DNA of 64,000 nucleotides from an uncultured Thiomicrospira sp. (GCA_965195345.1 OZ239628.1:800001-864000), one strand, 5' to 3'. Positions 11,801-22,540 are shown, counted from the stretch's first letter. Numbers and translations are program-made. Notes: generated by a model from the sequence alone, not told the origin.

Positions 11801-14800
11801 GTCATCAACACCACTGCCACCGATGTAGAAGATGGCGTGCTTCCTGTTGCAGTGACTGGACAAGATGCCAGTCTATTCGCCGTAACCACTTCTACCGATC
11901 AGATAATACTTACCTCCGTTGCCAATGCCAACGGAACAGCCACACTCACTGTAAGCATTGTTGATAGTGGAAATCTCTCCGCTTCCACCGAAGTGGTTGT
12001 TGTTGTCAATGCCATCAATGATAGTCCTACATTGACACTATCAACAACGAACCTCAGCCTCAGTGAAGATTTTGGCACTTTCGTTATCAACACCACAGCA
12101 AGTGATGCAGAAGATGGCGTGCTTCCCGTTGCAGTGACTGGACAAGATGCCAGTTTATTCGCCGTAAGCACTTCTACCGATCAGATAATACTTACCTCCG
12201 TTGCCAATGCCAACGGAACAGCCACACTTACTGTAAGCATTGTTGATAGCGGAAATCTCTCCGCTTCCACCGAAGTGATTGTTATTGTCAATGGCATCAA
12301 TAGTTCACCTGCATTGACGCTATCAACAACGAACCTCAGTCTCAGTGAAGATTTTGGCACTTTCGTCATCAACACCACAGCAAGTGATGCAGAAGATGGC
12401 GTGCTTCCCGTTGCAGTGACTGGACAAGATGCCAGTCTATTCGCCGTAACCACTTCTGCCAACCAGATAATACTCACCTCCGTAGCTAATGCCAATGGCA
12501 GAGCTACGCTTACAGTAAGCATTGTTGATAGTGGAAATCTCTCCGCTTCCACCGAAGTGGTGGTGCTTGTCAACGCCGTCAATGACACGCCCACACTTAC
12601 CTTTTCAACCACTCAATTTAGTCTAAATGCAAACTTTACCCCGCAAACAATAGCAACAGCAACAGACGTTGATGATGCTTCCTTGCTCCTAACCTTTGCA
12701 CTATCTGCAACCGATGTAGTACAAATAACGACTGTTGCTAATCGGTTTATATTAAATCCTATCACTAATGCTTTTGGCGAGACAACCATCACTCTAACAG
12801 CAACTGATAACAGCGGTAATCAGTCATCTCAAATTTTCACAGTGCGCGTTAACGGATTCCCTACATTAGCCTTATCAACGCAGCGTGTCACTTTAGATGA
12901 AGACTTTGGTACTTTCGTCATCAATACCACTGCAAGTGATGCAGAAGATGGCGTGCTTCCCGTTGCAGTGACTGGACAAGATGCCAGTCTATTCGCCGTA
13001 ACCACTTCTACCAATCAGATAATGCTTACTTCCATTGCTAATGCCAACGGCATAGCCACACTCACTGTAAGCATTGTTGATAGTGGAAATCTCTCCGCTA
13101 CCACCGAAGTTGTTGTTGTTGTCAATGCCATCAATGATAATCCTACATTGACGCTATCAACAACGAACCTCAGCCTCAGTGAAGATTTTGGCACTTTCGT
13201 CATCAACACCACTGCAAGTGATGCAGAAGATGGCGTGCTTCCCGTTGGAGTGACTGGGCAAGATGCCAGTCTATTCGCCGTAACCACTTCTACCGATCAG
13301 ATAATACTTACCTCCGTTGCTAATGCCAACGGCATAGCTACGCTTACAGTAAGCATTGTTGATAGTGGAAATCTCTCCGCTACCACCGAAGTGGTTGTTG
13401 TTGTCAATGCCATCAATGATAGTCCTACATTGACACTATCAACAACGAACCTCAGTCTCAGTGAAGATTTTGGCACTTTCGTCATCAACACCACAGCAAG
13501 TGATGCAGAAGATGGCGTGCTTCCCATTGCAGTGACTGGACAAGATGCCAGTCTATTCGCCGTAACCACTACTACCAATCAGATAATACTTACCTCCGTT
13601 GCTAATGCCAACGGCAGAGCTACGCTTACAGTAAGCATTGTTGATAGTGGAAATCTCTCCGCTACCACCGAAGTGGTTGTTGTTGTCAATGCCATCAATG
13701 ATAGTCCTACATTGACACTATCAACAACGAACCTCAGTCTTAGTGAAGATTTTGGCACTTTCGTCATCAACACCACTGCAAGTGATGCAGAAGATGGCGT
13801 GCTTCCCGTTGCAGTGACTGGACAAGATGCCAGTCTATTCGCCGTAACCACTTCTACCGATCAGATAATACTTACCTCCGTTGCCAATGCCAACGGAACA
13901 GCCACGCTTACAGTAAGCATTGTTGATAGCGGAAATCTCTCCGCTACCACCGAAGTGGTTGTTGTTATCAATGCCATCAATGATAGTCCCACATTGACAC
14001 TATCAACAACGAACCTCAGCCTTAGTGAAGATTTTGGCACTTTCGTCATCAACACCACTGCAAGTGATGCAGAAGATGGCCTGCTTCCCGTTGCAGTGAC
14101 TGGACAAGATGCCAGTCTATTCGCCGTAACCACTTCTGCCGATCAGATAATACTTACCTCCGTTGCCAATGCCAACGGAACAGCCACGCTTACAGTAAGC
14201 ATTGTTGGTAGCGGAAATCTCTCCGCTACCACCGAAGTGGTTGTTGTTGTCAATGCCATCAATGATAGTCCTACATTGACACTATCAACAACGAACCTCA
14301 GCCTCAGTGAAGATTTTGGCACTTTCATCATCAACACCACTGCCACCGATGCAGAAGATGGCGTGCTTCCCGTTGCAGTGACTGGACAAGATGCCAGTCT
14401 ATTCGCCGTAACCACTTCTACCAATCAGATAATACTTACCTCCGTTGCTAATGCCACCGGCATAGCCACGCTTACAGTAAGCATTGTTGATAGCGGAAAT
14501 CTCTCCGCTACCACCGAAGTGGTTGTTGTTGTCAATGCCGTTAATGACACTCCAACGCTCAGTTTATCAAGTACAAACCTAACTTTGACAGCTAATACCA
14601 CCGCTTTAATCACTGCCTTTGGCGTAGATGTGGAAACAAGCAGTGCTTCATTGATCTTTTCTGTACAACAAAACCCATCTTTGTTGCAGGTGAGTACACA
14701 AGGCAATGTTATCGTACTAAGAGCGGGTGCTACTACAGGCTCTACCACTTTAGTGATCACCGTTACTGATGGTGATGGCTTAAGCACTTCAGCAACCGCT

Positions 14801-16588
14801 CAAGTTACTGTTGTATCAGGTGTTTTGAATGTTTTGAATGTAAATTTAAATGTTAAGCGCATTAACTTTTCTTGGAACACACTTCCTGCAGCAAATCATT
14901 ACCGCATGCTTAGCAATGTTGATGTGAATGCTGGTGGTGGTTTTGTTGATGCCAGTAGCGCAGGTTTGGTGTTTGTACCGAATAGTACGAATATTATCAA
15001 TACTACAGTCTCTGCAACAGTGGATATAGCACGCTATCTTTCTACGGCTGATGGACCACAGTATCTGCTACAAGCTTGTAGTAGTGTTGACAATTCCGTT
15101 TGTTCTGATCTTGCGCAAGAATCTCTGAGTAATATTCAGTTAGAGGGATTGATTGGTTATTTCAAGGCTTCTAATACAGATGCAGATGATGAATTTGGTG
15201 AGGGTGTCGCAATAAGCGGTGATGGCAACACATTAGTTGTCGGTGCACCATTTGAGGACAGCACCGCCACTAGTATCAACGGCGATCAAACAAACAATAG
15301 TGCGGGTGATTCTGGTGCAGCCTATGTTTTCGTGCGCAGTAGTACGGGCAGCTGGCGTCAACAAGCATACCTTAAAGCCTCTGATGCACAAGCTAATGAT
15401 CAGTTTGGTGCAGTTGTAACAATAAGCAATGACGGTAATACTATAGTTGTTGGTGCAGAATTTAAGGATGTTGGCGCTCCTGGCGGTGTCCCCCAAGGCG
15501 ACGCTGGTGCAGCCTATGTTTTCGTGCGCAGTAGTACCGGCAGCTGGCGTCAACAAGCTTTCATCAGCGCTTCTAATCTAAATGCCAATGATCGGTTTGG
15601 AAGAACTGTATCGGTTGCTGCTGATGGTAATACACTCGCTATCGGTGCACCTTTAAAAAGTGTACCTGGCACAAATCCTTTCACGGGTCAACCTGCGAGT
15701 ATAGCTAATGTTGGTACAGCCTATGTTTTTGTACGCAGTAGTACGGGTACATGGAGTGAGCAAGCTTTATTGACACCACCTGCTGTAACACTTAATGCTA
15801 ATTTTGGTAATGCTGTATCGATGAGTGGTGATGGTAATACCATGGTCGTTGGTGCAGTTGGTGACCAAAGTACTGGCATGGGTATCGACAGTGATGAATT
15901 CACCACTTTTGTTTTTGGTTCTGGTGCAGCCCATGTTTTTGTACGCAGTAGTACGGGTACATGGAGTCGGCAAGCTTATATTAAAGCCTCAAATTCAGAA
16001 AGTGTTGATCTCTTTGGTACAGCTGTATCGATGAGCGGTGATGGTAATACCATGGTCGTTGGTGCACCACAAGAAGACAGCAATGCCACGGGTATCGACG
16101 GCGATCAAGCAAATAATGGTAGTGGTGCTGATGGTATTAATTCAAATTCTGGTGCAGCCTATGTTTTTGTGCGCAGTAGTACGGGCACATGGACGCAAGA
16201 TGCCTATATCAAAGCCTCAAATACAGGACTTGGTGATGAGTTTGGTTTTGCTGTTTCAATGAGAAGTGATGGTAATGCGTTCGTTGTTGGTGCACCATTT
16301 GAGGACAGCAATGCCACGGGAATCAACGGGGGGCAAGCAGATGGTGCTAATAACGCTGGTGCAGCCTATCTGTTTGTGCGCAGCAGCGCAGGCACATGGA
16401 GTCAACAAGCCTACACCAAAGCCTCAAACACAGGAGCTGATGATGCGTTTGGTTCAGTTCTCTCAATAAGCAGTGATGGTACAACGTTTGCTGTTGGCGC
16501 ACCCAATGAAAACAGCAGTGCCACTGGTATCAATGGTAATCAAACAGACGATAGTCAAGATAACGCTGGTGCAGCGTATTTGTATTAG
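8822..16588 (+). CDS. Giant surface lipoprotein adhesin, copy 2: ~21 cadherin/Ig-like repeats, FN3-like neck, FG-GAP propeller
   Basis: Lipobox FLSA-C-GGGD; near-identical 94-aa (282-bp) repeats; C-terminal propeller ending GAAYLY; no lectin-like domain. Confidence 0.88.
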   Translation: MGYIQRWAFLLLLVFLSACGGGDGDTIPPSTNTTPTLSLSVNAVTLDEDFGTFIINTTATDVEDGTLSVTVSGQAGLLTTNATTDQITLTSIANANGTTTLTVSATDSGALTVSTEVVVIVNAANDTPTLTFSTTQFSLNANFMPQTIATATDVDDASLLLTFALSATDVVQITTVANRFILNPITNAFGETTITLTATDSSGNQSSQRFTVHVNASIASTTPTLALSTQRITLDEDFGTFVINTTASDAEDGVLPVAVTGQDASLFAVTTSTDQIILTSVANATGIATLTVSIVDSGNLSATTEVVVVVNGINDSPTLTLSTTNLSLSEDFGTFVINTTASDAEDGVLPVAVTGQDASLFAVTTSTDQIILTSVANATGIATLTVSIVDSGNLSATTEVVVVVNGINDSPTLTLSTTNLSLSEDFGTFVINTTASDAENGRLPVAVTGQDASLFAVTTSTDQIILTSVANANGTATLTVSIVDSGNLSATTEVVVVVNGINSAPALTLSTTNLSLSEDFGTFVINTTATDVEDGVLPVAVTGQDASLFAVTTSTDQIILTSVANANGTATLTVSIVDSGNISATTEVVVVVNAINDSPTLTLSTTNLSLSEDFGTFVINTTASDAEDGVLPVAVTGQDASLFAVTTSTDQIILTSVANANGTATLTVSIVGSGNLSATTEVVVVVNAINDSPTLTLSTTNLSLSEDFGTFIINTTATDAEDGVLPVAVTGQDASLFAVTTSTDQIILTSVANANGIATLTVSIVDSGNLSATTEVVVVVNAINDSPTLTLSTTNLSLSEDFGTFVINTTASDAEDGVLPVAVTGQDASLFAVTTSTDQIILTSVANANGTATLTVSIVGSGNLSATTEVVVVVNAINDSPTLTLSTTNLSLSEDFGTFIINTTATDAEDGVLPVAVTGQDASLFAVTTSTDQIILTSVANANGIATLTVSIVDSGNLSATTEVVVVVNAINDSPTLTLSTTNLSLSEDFGTFVINTTATDVEDGVLPVAVTGQDASLFAVTTSTDQIILTSVANANGTATLTVSIVDSGNLSASTEVVVVVNAINDSPTLTLSTTNLSLSEDFGTFVINTTASDAEDGVLPVAVTGQDASLFAVSTSTDQIILTSVANANGTATLTVSIVDSGNLSASTEVIVIVNGINSSPALTLSTTNLSLSEDFGTFVINTTASDAEDGVLPVAVTGQDASLFAVTTSANQIILTSVANANGRATLTVSIVDSGNLSASTEVVVLVNAVNDTPTLTFSTTQFSLNANFTPQTIATATDVDDASLLLTFALSATDVVQITTVANRFILNPITNAFGETTITLTATDNSGNQSSQIFTVRVNGFPTLALSTQRVTLDEDFGTFVINTTASDAEDGVLPVAVTGQDASLFAVTTSTNQIMLTSIANANGIATLTVSIVDSGNLSATTEVVVVVNAINDNPTLTLSTTNLSLSEDFGTFVINTTASDAEDGVLPVGVTGQDASLFAVTTSTDQIILTSVANANGIATLTVSIVDSGNLSATTEVVVVVNAINDSPTLTLSTTNLSLSEDFGTFVINTTASDAEDGVLPIAVTGQDASLFAVTTTTNQIILTSVANANGRATLTVSIVDSGNLSATTEVVVVVNAINDSPTLTLSTTNLSLSEDFGTFVINTTASDAEDGVLPVAVTGQDASLFAVTTSTDQIILTSVANANGTATLTVSIVDSGNLSATTEVVVVINAINDSPTLTLSTTNLSLSEDFGTFVINTTASDAEDGLLPVAVTGQDASLFAVTTSADQIILTSVANANGTATLTVSIVGSGNLSATTEVVVVVNAINDSPTLTLSTTNLSLSEDFGTFIINTTATDAEDGVLPVAVTGQDASLFAVTTSTNQIILTSVANATGIATLTVSIVDSGNLSATTEVVVVVNAVNDTPTLSLSSTNLTLTANTTALITAFGVDVETSSASLIFSVQQNPSLLQVSTQGNVIVLRAGATTGSTTLVITVTDGDGLSTSATAQVTVVSGVLNVLNVNLNVKRINFSWNTLPAANHYRMLSNVDVNAGGGFVDASSAGLVFVPNSTNIINTTVSATVDIARYLSTADGPQYLLQACSSVDNSVCSDLAQESLSNIQLEGLIGYFKASNTDADDEFGEGVAISGDGNTLVVGAPFEDSTATSINGDQTNNSAGDSGAAYVFVRSSTGSWRQQAYLKASDAQANDQFGAVVTISNDGNTIVVGAEFKDVGAPGGVPQGDAGAAYVFVRSSTGSWRQQAFISASNLNANDRFGRTVSVAADGNTLAIGAPLKSVPGTNPFTGQPASIANVGTAYVFVRSSTGTWSEQALLTPPAVTLNANFGNAVSMSGDGNTMVVGAVGDQSTGMGIDSDEFTTFVFGSGAAHVFVRSSTGTWSRQAYIKASNSESVDLFGTAVSMSGDGNTMVVGAPQEDSNATGIDGDQANNGSGADGINSNSGAAYVFVRSSTGTWTQDAYIKASNTGLGDEFGFAVSMRSDGNAFVVGAPFEDSNATGINGGQADGANNAGAAYLFVRSSAGTWSQQAYTKASNTGADDAFGSVLSISSDGTTFAVGAPNENSSATGINGNQTDDSQDNAGAAYLY
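9480..14550 (+). repeat. Intragenic tandem repeat with 282-bp period (94-aa cadherin-like domain), interrupted once by a variant unit at ~12590-12860
   Basis: Unit SPTLTLSTTNLSLSEDFGTFVINTTASDAEDGVLPVAVTGQDASLFAVTTSTDQIILTSVANANG...VNAIND recurs every 282 bp. The antisense shadow ORFs at 9643, 9925, 10207... show the same spacing. Confidence 0.95.
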
Positions 16589-16852
16589 AAATAAGTTAAA
16601 GTAGTAACTTCAAAAGTCTAAAAGTTTTCCAAAAATATAAGCAAATTATTTTTGCAAGAGCACATGTTATTCCATTAGCTTTTATTCTATCGTTATGATT
16701 CTTATTGCTCTGAATTATTTCAGTTATTAGAGTAATTTGTAGTCTATAATGTCACGATTATTGACTCACTACATAGTGAGTATTTACTATTGCTATCTAT
16801 GTGTAAATCACATGATGTTATCTTGTACTAACTTTCACACTGTGAGGATAAA

Positions 16853-19324
16853 ATGTTAAAGAATTCAGAGAAAAAAATATATCACGTAAGTTGGGGGTCT
16901 CTACTACTTTTTGTCTTTTTATCTGCCTGTGGTGGTGGCGGTGGCGGTGGCGGTGATACAGCACCTCCGATTATTGCGAGCACAACACCAAATTTAAGTG
17001 TATCGACCAATGCCATAACACTCAATGAAGATTTTGGCACTTTTATCATCAACACCACTGCTACCGATGCAGAAGATGGAACGTTGTCAGTAACCGTATC
17101 TGGACAGGCAGGCTTGATAACCACTGATATCACCACTGATAGAATTACCTTAAATTCTGTTGCCAATGCTAATGGCGTAACTACACTTACTGTACGTGCT
17201 ACCGATAGCGGAAATCTCTCCGCTTCCACCGAAGTAGTTGTCACCATCAACGCCGTCAATGATGCTCCAACGTTAAGTTTATCAACTACAAACTTAATCT
17301 TATTACCCAATAGTACTGGTAGGATAACTGCCGTTTTTTCGGATGTGGAAACAAGTAGTAACGCATTGAATTTTGCGTTCCCAGTAAATACAGCTTTGGT
17401 GCAGGCGAGTAGGGAAGGCAATGATGTCATCGTGCTGATATCGAGTGTTGTTGCAGGCTCAACTACTTTTGTTGTTACCGTCACTGATCAAGGTAACTTA
17501 AGCGCTTCAGCAACAGCTCGAGTTACTGTTCTCTCTAATGCTTTGGATGTCGCGTTAAATGTTAAACGCATTGATTTTTCTTGGGGCAACTTCCCTGAAG
17601 CAAATCATTACCGCATGCTCAGTAATGTCGATTTAAACGCTGGTGGTGGTTTTATTGATGCTAGTAGTGCAAACTTGGTATTTTTGCCAAATAGTACAAA
17701 TATTATCAATACTACAGTCTCTGCAATAGTGGATGTAGCACGCTATCTTCCTGCGGTTAATGATCCGCAGTATCTGCTACAAGCTTGTACCAGTGTGGAT
17801 GATTCCGTTTGTTCTAATCTTGCGGAAGGAACTCTGACCAATGCTCAGTTAGAAGGATTGATTGGTTATTTCAAAGCTTCTAATACGGGAATGGGAGATA
17901 TATTTGGTGATGCTGTAGCAATAAGTGGTGATGGTAATACGCTTGCAGTCGGTGCTGCTTTTGAGGACAGCGACGCCAGGGGCATCAACGGGGATCAATC
18001 AGACAATGATGCAGGTAACGCTGGTGCAGTGTATGTTTTTGTACGCAACAGTGCAGGAACATGGACACAACAAGCATACATTAAAGCCTCGAACTCACAA
18101 GGAAATGATCAATTCGCTGCCAGTGTAGACCTAAGCAATGATGGTAATACCTTATTGGTTGGTGCACGTTTTGAAGGGAGTGGCGCTACTGGTATTAACG
18201 GTGATCAATCCAACAATAATCTTGACCAATCTGGTGCAGGCTATATTTTTGTACGCAACAGTGGAGGCACATGGAACCAGCAAGCTTACGTCAAAGCCTC
18301 TAATACGGGTCGGATTGATCAATTTGGTGCAGCTATAGCAATAAGCGGTGAAAGTGGTGCTACCGCATTTGTTGGTGCGCCAAATGAGGACAGTGGTGCG
18401 ACTGGCATCAACGGTAATGAATCTGATAGTGTTGGTGCTGTAACTAACTCTGGTGCAGTCTATGCTTTTGTGCGTGATAGCATTGGTGCGTGGAGTCAAC
18501 AAGCCTATATCAAAGCATCTAATACAGGAGCTGAAGATGATTTTGGTGAAGTTTTATCAGCGAGTAGAAATGGCAATACCGTCATCGTTGGTGCGCCAAA
18601 TGAGGACAGCGTTGCCACGGGCATCAACGGGGATCAATTAGACAATTCTACAGCTAACTCTGGTGCAGCCTATGTTTTCGTGCGTAGTAGTACGGATACA
18701 TGGAGTCAACAAGCCTATATCAAAGCCTCTAATACAGGATTTACTGATCGGTTTGGTGGAGCTGTATCGATAAGTGGTGATGGTAATACCATAGTCGTTG
18801 GTTCATCTTTTGAAGACAGCAACTCTACCGGTGTTAATGGGGTTCAAACGAATAATGGCGCAAGCAACTCTGGTGCAGCCTATGTTTTTGTGCGCAGTAG
18901 TACGGGCAGATGGAGTCAACAAGCCTACCTAAAAGCCTCCAATACAGATACAAATGATCAATTTGGTATAGCTTTAGCAATAAGCGGTGATGGTAACTCC
19001 ATCATTGTTGGTGCAGTTGGGGAAGGAAGCGATGCCACAGGTATTAACGGTGTTCAAAGCAATGATCTCTCAAATAGGGGACCTCGTGGTGCAGCCTATC
19101 TCTTTGTGCGTAGTGGTACGACATGGAGTCAACAAGCCTACATCAAATCCTCGAATACAGGTATTTTGGATGAGTTTGGTAACTCTGTTTCAATAAGTAA
19201 TGATGGTAAAACGTTTGCTGTTGGTGCACCCACTGAAGATAGCACTGCCACCGGCATTAATGGCGATCAATCAAATAATGGTACTGGTATTGGTTCAAAT
19301 GCTGGTGCAGTGTATTTGTATTAG
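16853..19324 (+). CDS. Short lipoprotein adhesin, copy 3: 2 cadherin-like repeats, FN3-like neck, FG-GAP propeller
   Basis: FLSA-C-poly-Gly, same modules, ends GAVYLY; gagga RBS precedes the ATG. Confidence 0.88.
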   Translation: MLKNSEKKIYHVSWGSLLLFVFLSACGGGGGGGGDTAPPIIASTTPNLSVSTNAITLNEDFGTFIINTTATDAEDGTLSVTVSGQAGLITTDITTDRITLNSVANANGVTTLTVRATDSGNLSASTEVVVTINAVNDAPTLSLSTTNLILLPNSTGRITAVFSDVETSSNALNFAFPVNTALVQASREGNDVIVLISSVVAGSTTFVVTVTDQGNLSASATARVTVLSNALDVALNVKRIDFSWGNFPEANHYRMLSNVDLNAGGGFIDASSANLVFLPNSTNIINTTVSAIVDVARYLPAVNDPQYLLQACTSVDDSVCSNLAEGTLTNAQLEGLIGYFKASNTGMGDIFGDAVAISGDGNTLAVGAAFEDSDARGINGDQSDNDAGNAGAVYVFVRNSAGTWTQQAYIKASNSQGNDQFAASVDLSNDGNTLLVGARFEGSGATGINGDQSNNNLDQSGAGYIFVRNSGGTWNQQAYVKASNTGRIDQFGAAIAISGESGATAFVGAPNEDSGATGINGNESDSVGAVTNSGAVYAFVRDSIGAWSQQAYIKASNTGAEDDFGEVLSASRNGNTVIVGAPNEDSVATGINGDQLDNSTANSGAAYVFVRSSTDTWSQQAYIKASNTGFTDRFGGAVSISGDGNTIVVGSSFEDSNSTGVNGVQTNNGASNSGAAYVFVRSSTGRWSQQAYLKASNTDTNDQFGIALAISGDGNSIIVGAVGEGSDATGINGVQSNDLSNRGPRGAAYLFVRSGTTWSQQAYIKSSNTGILDEFGNSVSISNDGKTFAVGAPTEDSTATGINGDQSNNGTGIGSNAGAVYLY

Positions 19325-19573
19325 AAGACGTATATAGCTAAAAGGCAATTAGAGTTGTTTGATTACTCGAGCATTATGTGTTCATCAGGAGAACAGGCGC
19401 ACAACTTTCTTACTTAACGTTTCGCTGTAAATGTTATGAACTGTTTGCGAATTTTCTCATGCTTTAATTTGTAATGATTGAGATTGCTGGATTGTAGATA
19501 TATTGCTTTTATCAAACACATAAACTGTTGTGATAATTGTGATTTCATAGTTAAAAATAAAATATAGGCCTAA

Positions 19574-22540
19574 ATGAAAATGAAACATTTAAAGTGCTGG
19601 GGGTTTCTATTGTCACTTGTTTTTCTATCTGCCTGCGGTGGCGGCGGCGGTGGCGGTGGCGGTGATACAGCACCTCCGATTATTGCGAGCACAACACCAA
19701 ATTTAAGTGTATCGACCAATGCCGTAACACTCAATGAAGATTTTGGCACTTTTATCATCAACACCACTGCTACCGATGTAGAAGATGGAACGTTGTCAGT
19801 AACCGTATCTGGACAGGCTGGTTTGCTAACCACTGATATTACCACTGGTCGAATTACCCTAACTTCTGTTGCCAATGCTAACGGCGTAACTACACTTACT
19901 GTACGTGCTACCGATAGCGGAAATCTCTCTGCTACCACCGAAGTGGTTGTCACCATCAATGATGCTCCAACATTGACACTATCAACAACGAACCTCAGCC
20001 TCAGTGAAGATTTTGGCACTTTTGTCATCAACACCACAGCAAGTGATGCAGAAGATGGCGTGCTTCCCGTTGCAGTGACTGGACAAGATGCCAGTCTATT
20101 CGCCGTAACCACTTCTACCGATCAGATAATACTTACCTCCGTTGCTAATGCTAACGGCATAGCTACGCTTACAGTAAGCATTGTTGATAGTGGAAATCTC
20201 TCCGCTACCACCGAAGTGGTTGTTGTTGTCAATGCCAGTCCTACATTGACACTATCAACAACGAACCTCAGCCTCAATGAAGATTTTGGCACTTTTATCA
20301 TCAACACCACTGCTACCGATGTAGAAGATGGAACGTTGTCAGTAACCGTATCTGGACAGGCTGGTTTGCTAACCACTGATATTACCACTGGTCGAATTAC
20401 CCTAACTTCTGTTGCCAATGCTAACGGCGTAACCACACTTACTGTACGTGCTACCGATAGCGGAAATCTCTCTGCTACCACCGAAGTGGTTGTCACCATC
20501 AATGATGCTCCAACGTTAAGTTTATCAACTACAAACTTAATCTTATTACCCAATAGTACTGGTAGGATAACTGCCGTTTTTGCGGATGTGGAAACAAGTA
20601 GTAACTTATTGACTTTTGTGATACAAGAAAATACAGCTTTGGTGCGGGTGAGTAGGCAAGGCAATGATGTCATCGTGCTGAGATCGAACACTGCGGCAGG
20701 CTCAACTACTTTAGTTGTTACCGTCACTGATGAAGGTGGGGCAAGCGCCTCAGAAACAGTTCGAGTTACTGTTCTCTCTAATGTTTTGAATGTCGCGTTA
20801 AATGTTAAACGCATTGATTTTTCTTGGGGCAACTTCCCTGAAGCAAATCATTACCGCATGCTCAGTAATGTCGATTTAACCGCTGGTGGTGGCTTTGTTG
20901 ATGCTAGTAGTGCAAACTTGGTATTTTTGCCAAATAGTACAAATATTATCAATACTACAGTCTCTGCAATAGTGGATGTAGCACGCTATCTTTCTGCGGT
21001 TAATGGACCAGAGTATCTGCTGCAAGCTTGTACCAGTGTGGACAACTCAGTTTGTTCTAATCTTGCGCAACAAACTCTGACCAATGCTCAGTTAGAAGGA
21101 TTGATTGGTTACTTCAAAGCTTCTAATACAGGTGCTGATGATAGGTTTGGTAGGGCTGTAGCAATAAGTGGTGATGGTAATACGCTTGCAGTCGGTGCTG
21201 CTTTTGAGGACAGCGACGCCAGGGGTATTAACGGCGGAACAAATGATGCCCTCGCCGACTCTGGTGCAGTGTATGTTTTTGTACGCAACAGTGCAGGAAC
21301 ATGGGCACAACAAGCATACATTAAAGCCTCGAACTCAGGAGGAGATGATCAATTCGGTGCCAGTGTAGACCTAAGTAATGATGGTAATACCTTATTGGTT
21401 GGTGCACGTTTTGAGGACAGCGATGCGACTGGCATTAACGGTGATGAAACAAACAATGATTCAAGAGCCTCTGGTGCAGCCTATATTTTTGTACGCAACA
21501 GTGGAGGCACATGGAGCCAACAAGCTTACGCCAAAGCCTCTAATACAGGATCTGATGATGACTTTGGTGAGGCTGTAGCAATAAGTGGTGATGGTAATAC
21601 GCTAATTGTTGGTGCATCTGGTGAGGACAGCACCGCCACGGGCATCAACGGGGATCAATTAGACAATTCTACAGCTAACTCTGGTGCAGCCTATGTTTTT
21701 GTGCGTAGTAGTACTGGTACATGGAGTCAACAAGTCTACCTTAAAGCATCTAATGCAGAAGCCGGTGATAATTTTGGTAGAGCTTTATCGGCGAGCAGTA
21801 ATGGCAATACCGTCATCGTTGCTGCGCCAAGTGAGGACAGCGCTGCCACTGGCATCAATGGGAATCAATTAAATAATTCTACAGCTAACTCTGGTGCGGT
21901 CTATGTTTTCGTGCGTAGTAGTACTGGTACATGGAGTCAACAAGCCTATGTTAAAGCCTCTAATACAGGAACTAATGATGATTTTGGTTTTGCCTTGTCA
22001 CTGAGCGATGATGGTAATACCATGGTCGTTGGTGCGCCTGCTGAAGACAGCAATTCTACCGGTGTTAATGGGGTTCAAACGAATAATGGCGTAAGTAACT
22101 CTGGTGCAGTCTATGTTTTTGTACGTAGTAGTACGGGCAGCTGGCGTCAACAAGCATATCTAAAAGCCTCCAATACAGATAATGACGATCTATTTGGTCA
22201 TGCTGTAGCAATAAGCGGTGATGGTAATTCCATCATTGTTGGTGCAGTAGCTGAAGAAAGCGATGCCACAGGTATTAACGGCGATCAAACAAGCAATGCT
22301 ACACGTTTTTCTGGTGCAGCCTATCTTTTTGTGCGTAGTGGTACGACATGGAGTCAACAAGCCTACATCAAAACAACGAACCCAGGCTTTTTTGATGAGT
22401 TTGGTGACGCTGTTTCAATAAGTAATGATGGTAAAACGTTTGCTGTTGGCGCACGCAATGAAGAAAGCAGTGCCACTGGTATCAATGGTGATCAAACAAA
22501 CAATAGTCAAGATAACGCTGGTGCAGTGTATTTGTATTAA
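19574..22540 (+). CDS. Lipoprotein adhesin, copy 4: 4 cadherin-like repeats, FN3-like neck, FG-GAP propeller
   Basis: FLSA-C-poly-Gly; N-terminal and neck segments closest to copy 3; ends GAVYLY. Confidence 0.88.
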   Translation: MKMKHLKCWGFLLSLVFLSACGGGGGGGGGDTAPPIIASTTPNLSVSTNAVTLNEDFGTFIINTTATDVEDGTLSVTVSGQAGLLTTDITTGRITLTSVANANGVTTLTVRATDSGNLSATTEVVVTINDAPTLTLSTTNLSLSEDFGTFVINTTASDAEDGVLPVAVTGQDASLFAVTTSTDQIILTSVANANGIATLTVSIVDSGNLSATTEVVVVVNASPTLTLSTTNLSLNEDFGTFIINTTATDVEDGTLSVTVSGQAGLLTTDITTGRITLTSVANANGVTTLTVRATDSGNLSATTEVVVTINDAPTLSLSTTNLILLPNSTGRITAVFADVETSSNLLTFVIQENTALVRVSRQGNDVIVLRSNTAAGSTTLVVTVTDEGGASASETVRVTVLSNVLNVALNVKRIDFSWGNFPEANHYRMLSNVDLTAGGGFVDASSANLVFLPNSTNIINTTVSAIVDVARYLSAVNGPEYLLQACTSVDNSVCSNLAQQTLTNAQLEGLIGYFKASNTGADDRFGRAVAISGDGNTLAVGAAFEDSDARGINGGTNDALADSGAVYVFVRNSAGTWAQQAYIKASNSGGDDQFGASVDLSNDGNTLLVGARFEDSDATGINGDETNNDSRASGAAYIFVRNSGGTWSQQAYAKASNTGSDDDFGEAVAISGDGNTLIVGASGEDSTATGINGDQLDNSTANSGAAYVFVRSSTGTWSQQVYLKASNAEAGDNFGRALSASSNGNTVIVAAPSEDSAATGINGNQLNNSTANSGAVYVFVRSSTGTWSQQAYVKASNTGTNDDFGFALSLSDDGNTMVVGAPAEDSNSTGVNGVQTNNGVSNSGAVYVFVRSSTGSWRQQAYLKASNTDNDDLFGHAVAISGDGNSIIVGAVAEESDATGINGDQTSNATRFSGAAYLFVRSGTTWSQQAYIKTTNPGFFDEFGDAVSISNDGKTFAVGARNEESSATGINGDQTNNSQDNAGAVYLY

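Noticed and set aside
9480-14550. CRISPR array
   Set aside because: Repeats are 282-bp in-frame coding units without unique spacers; no cas genes.
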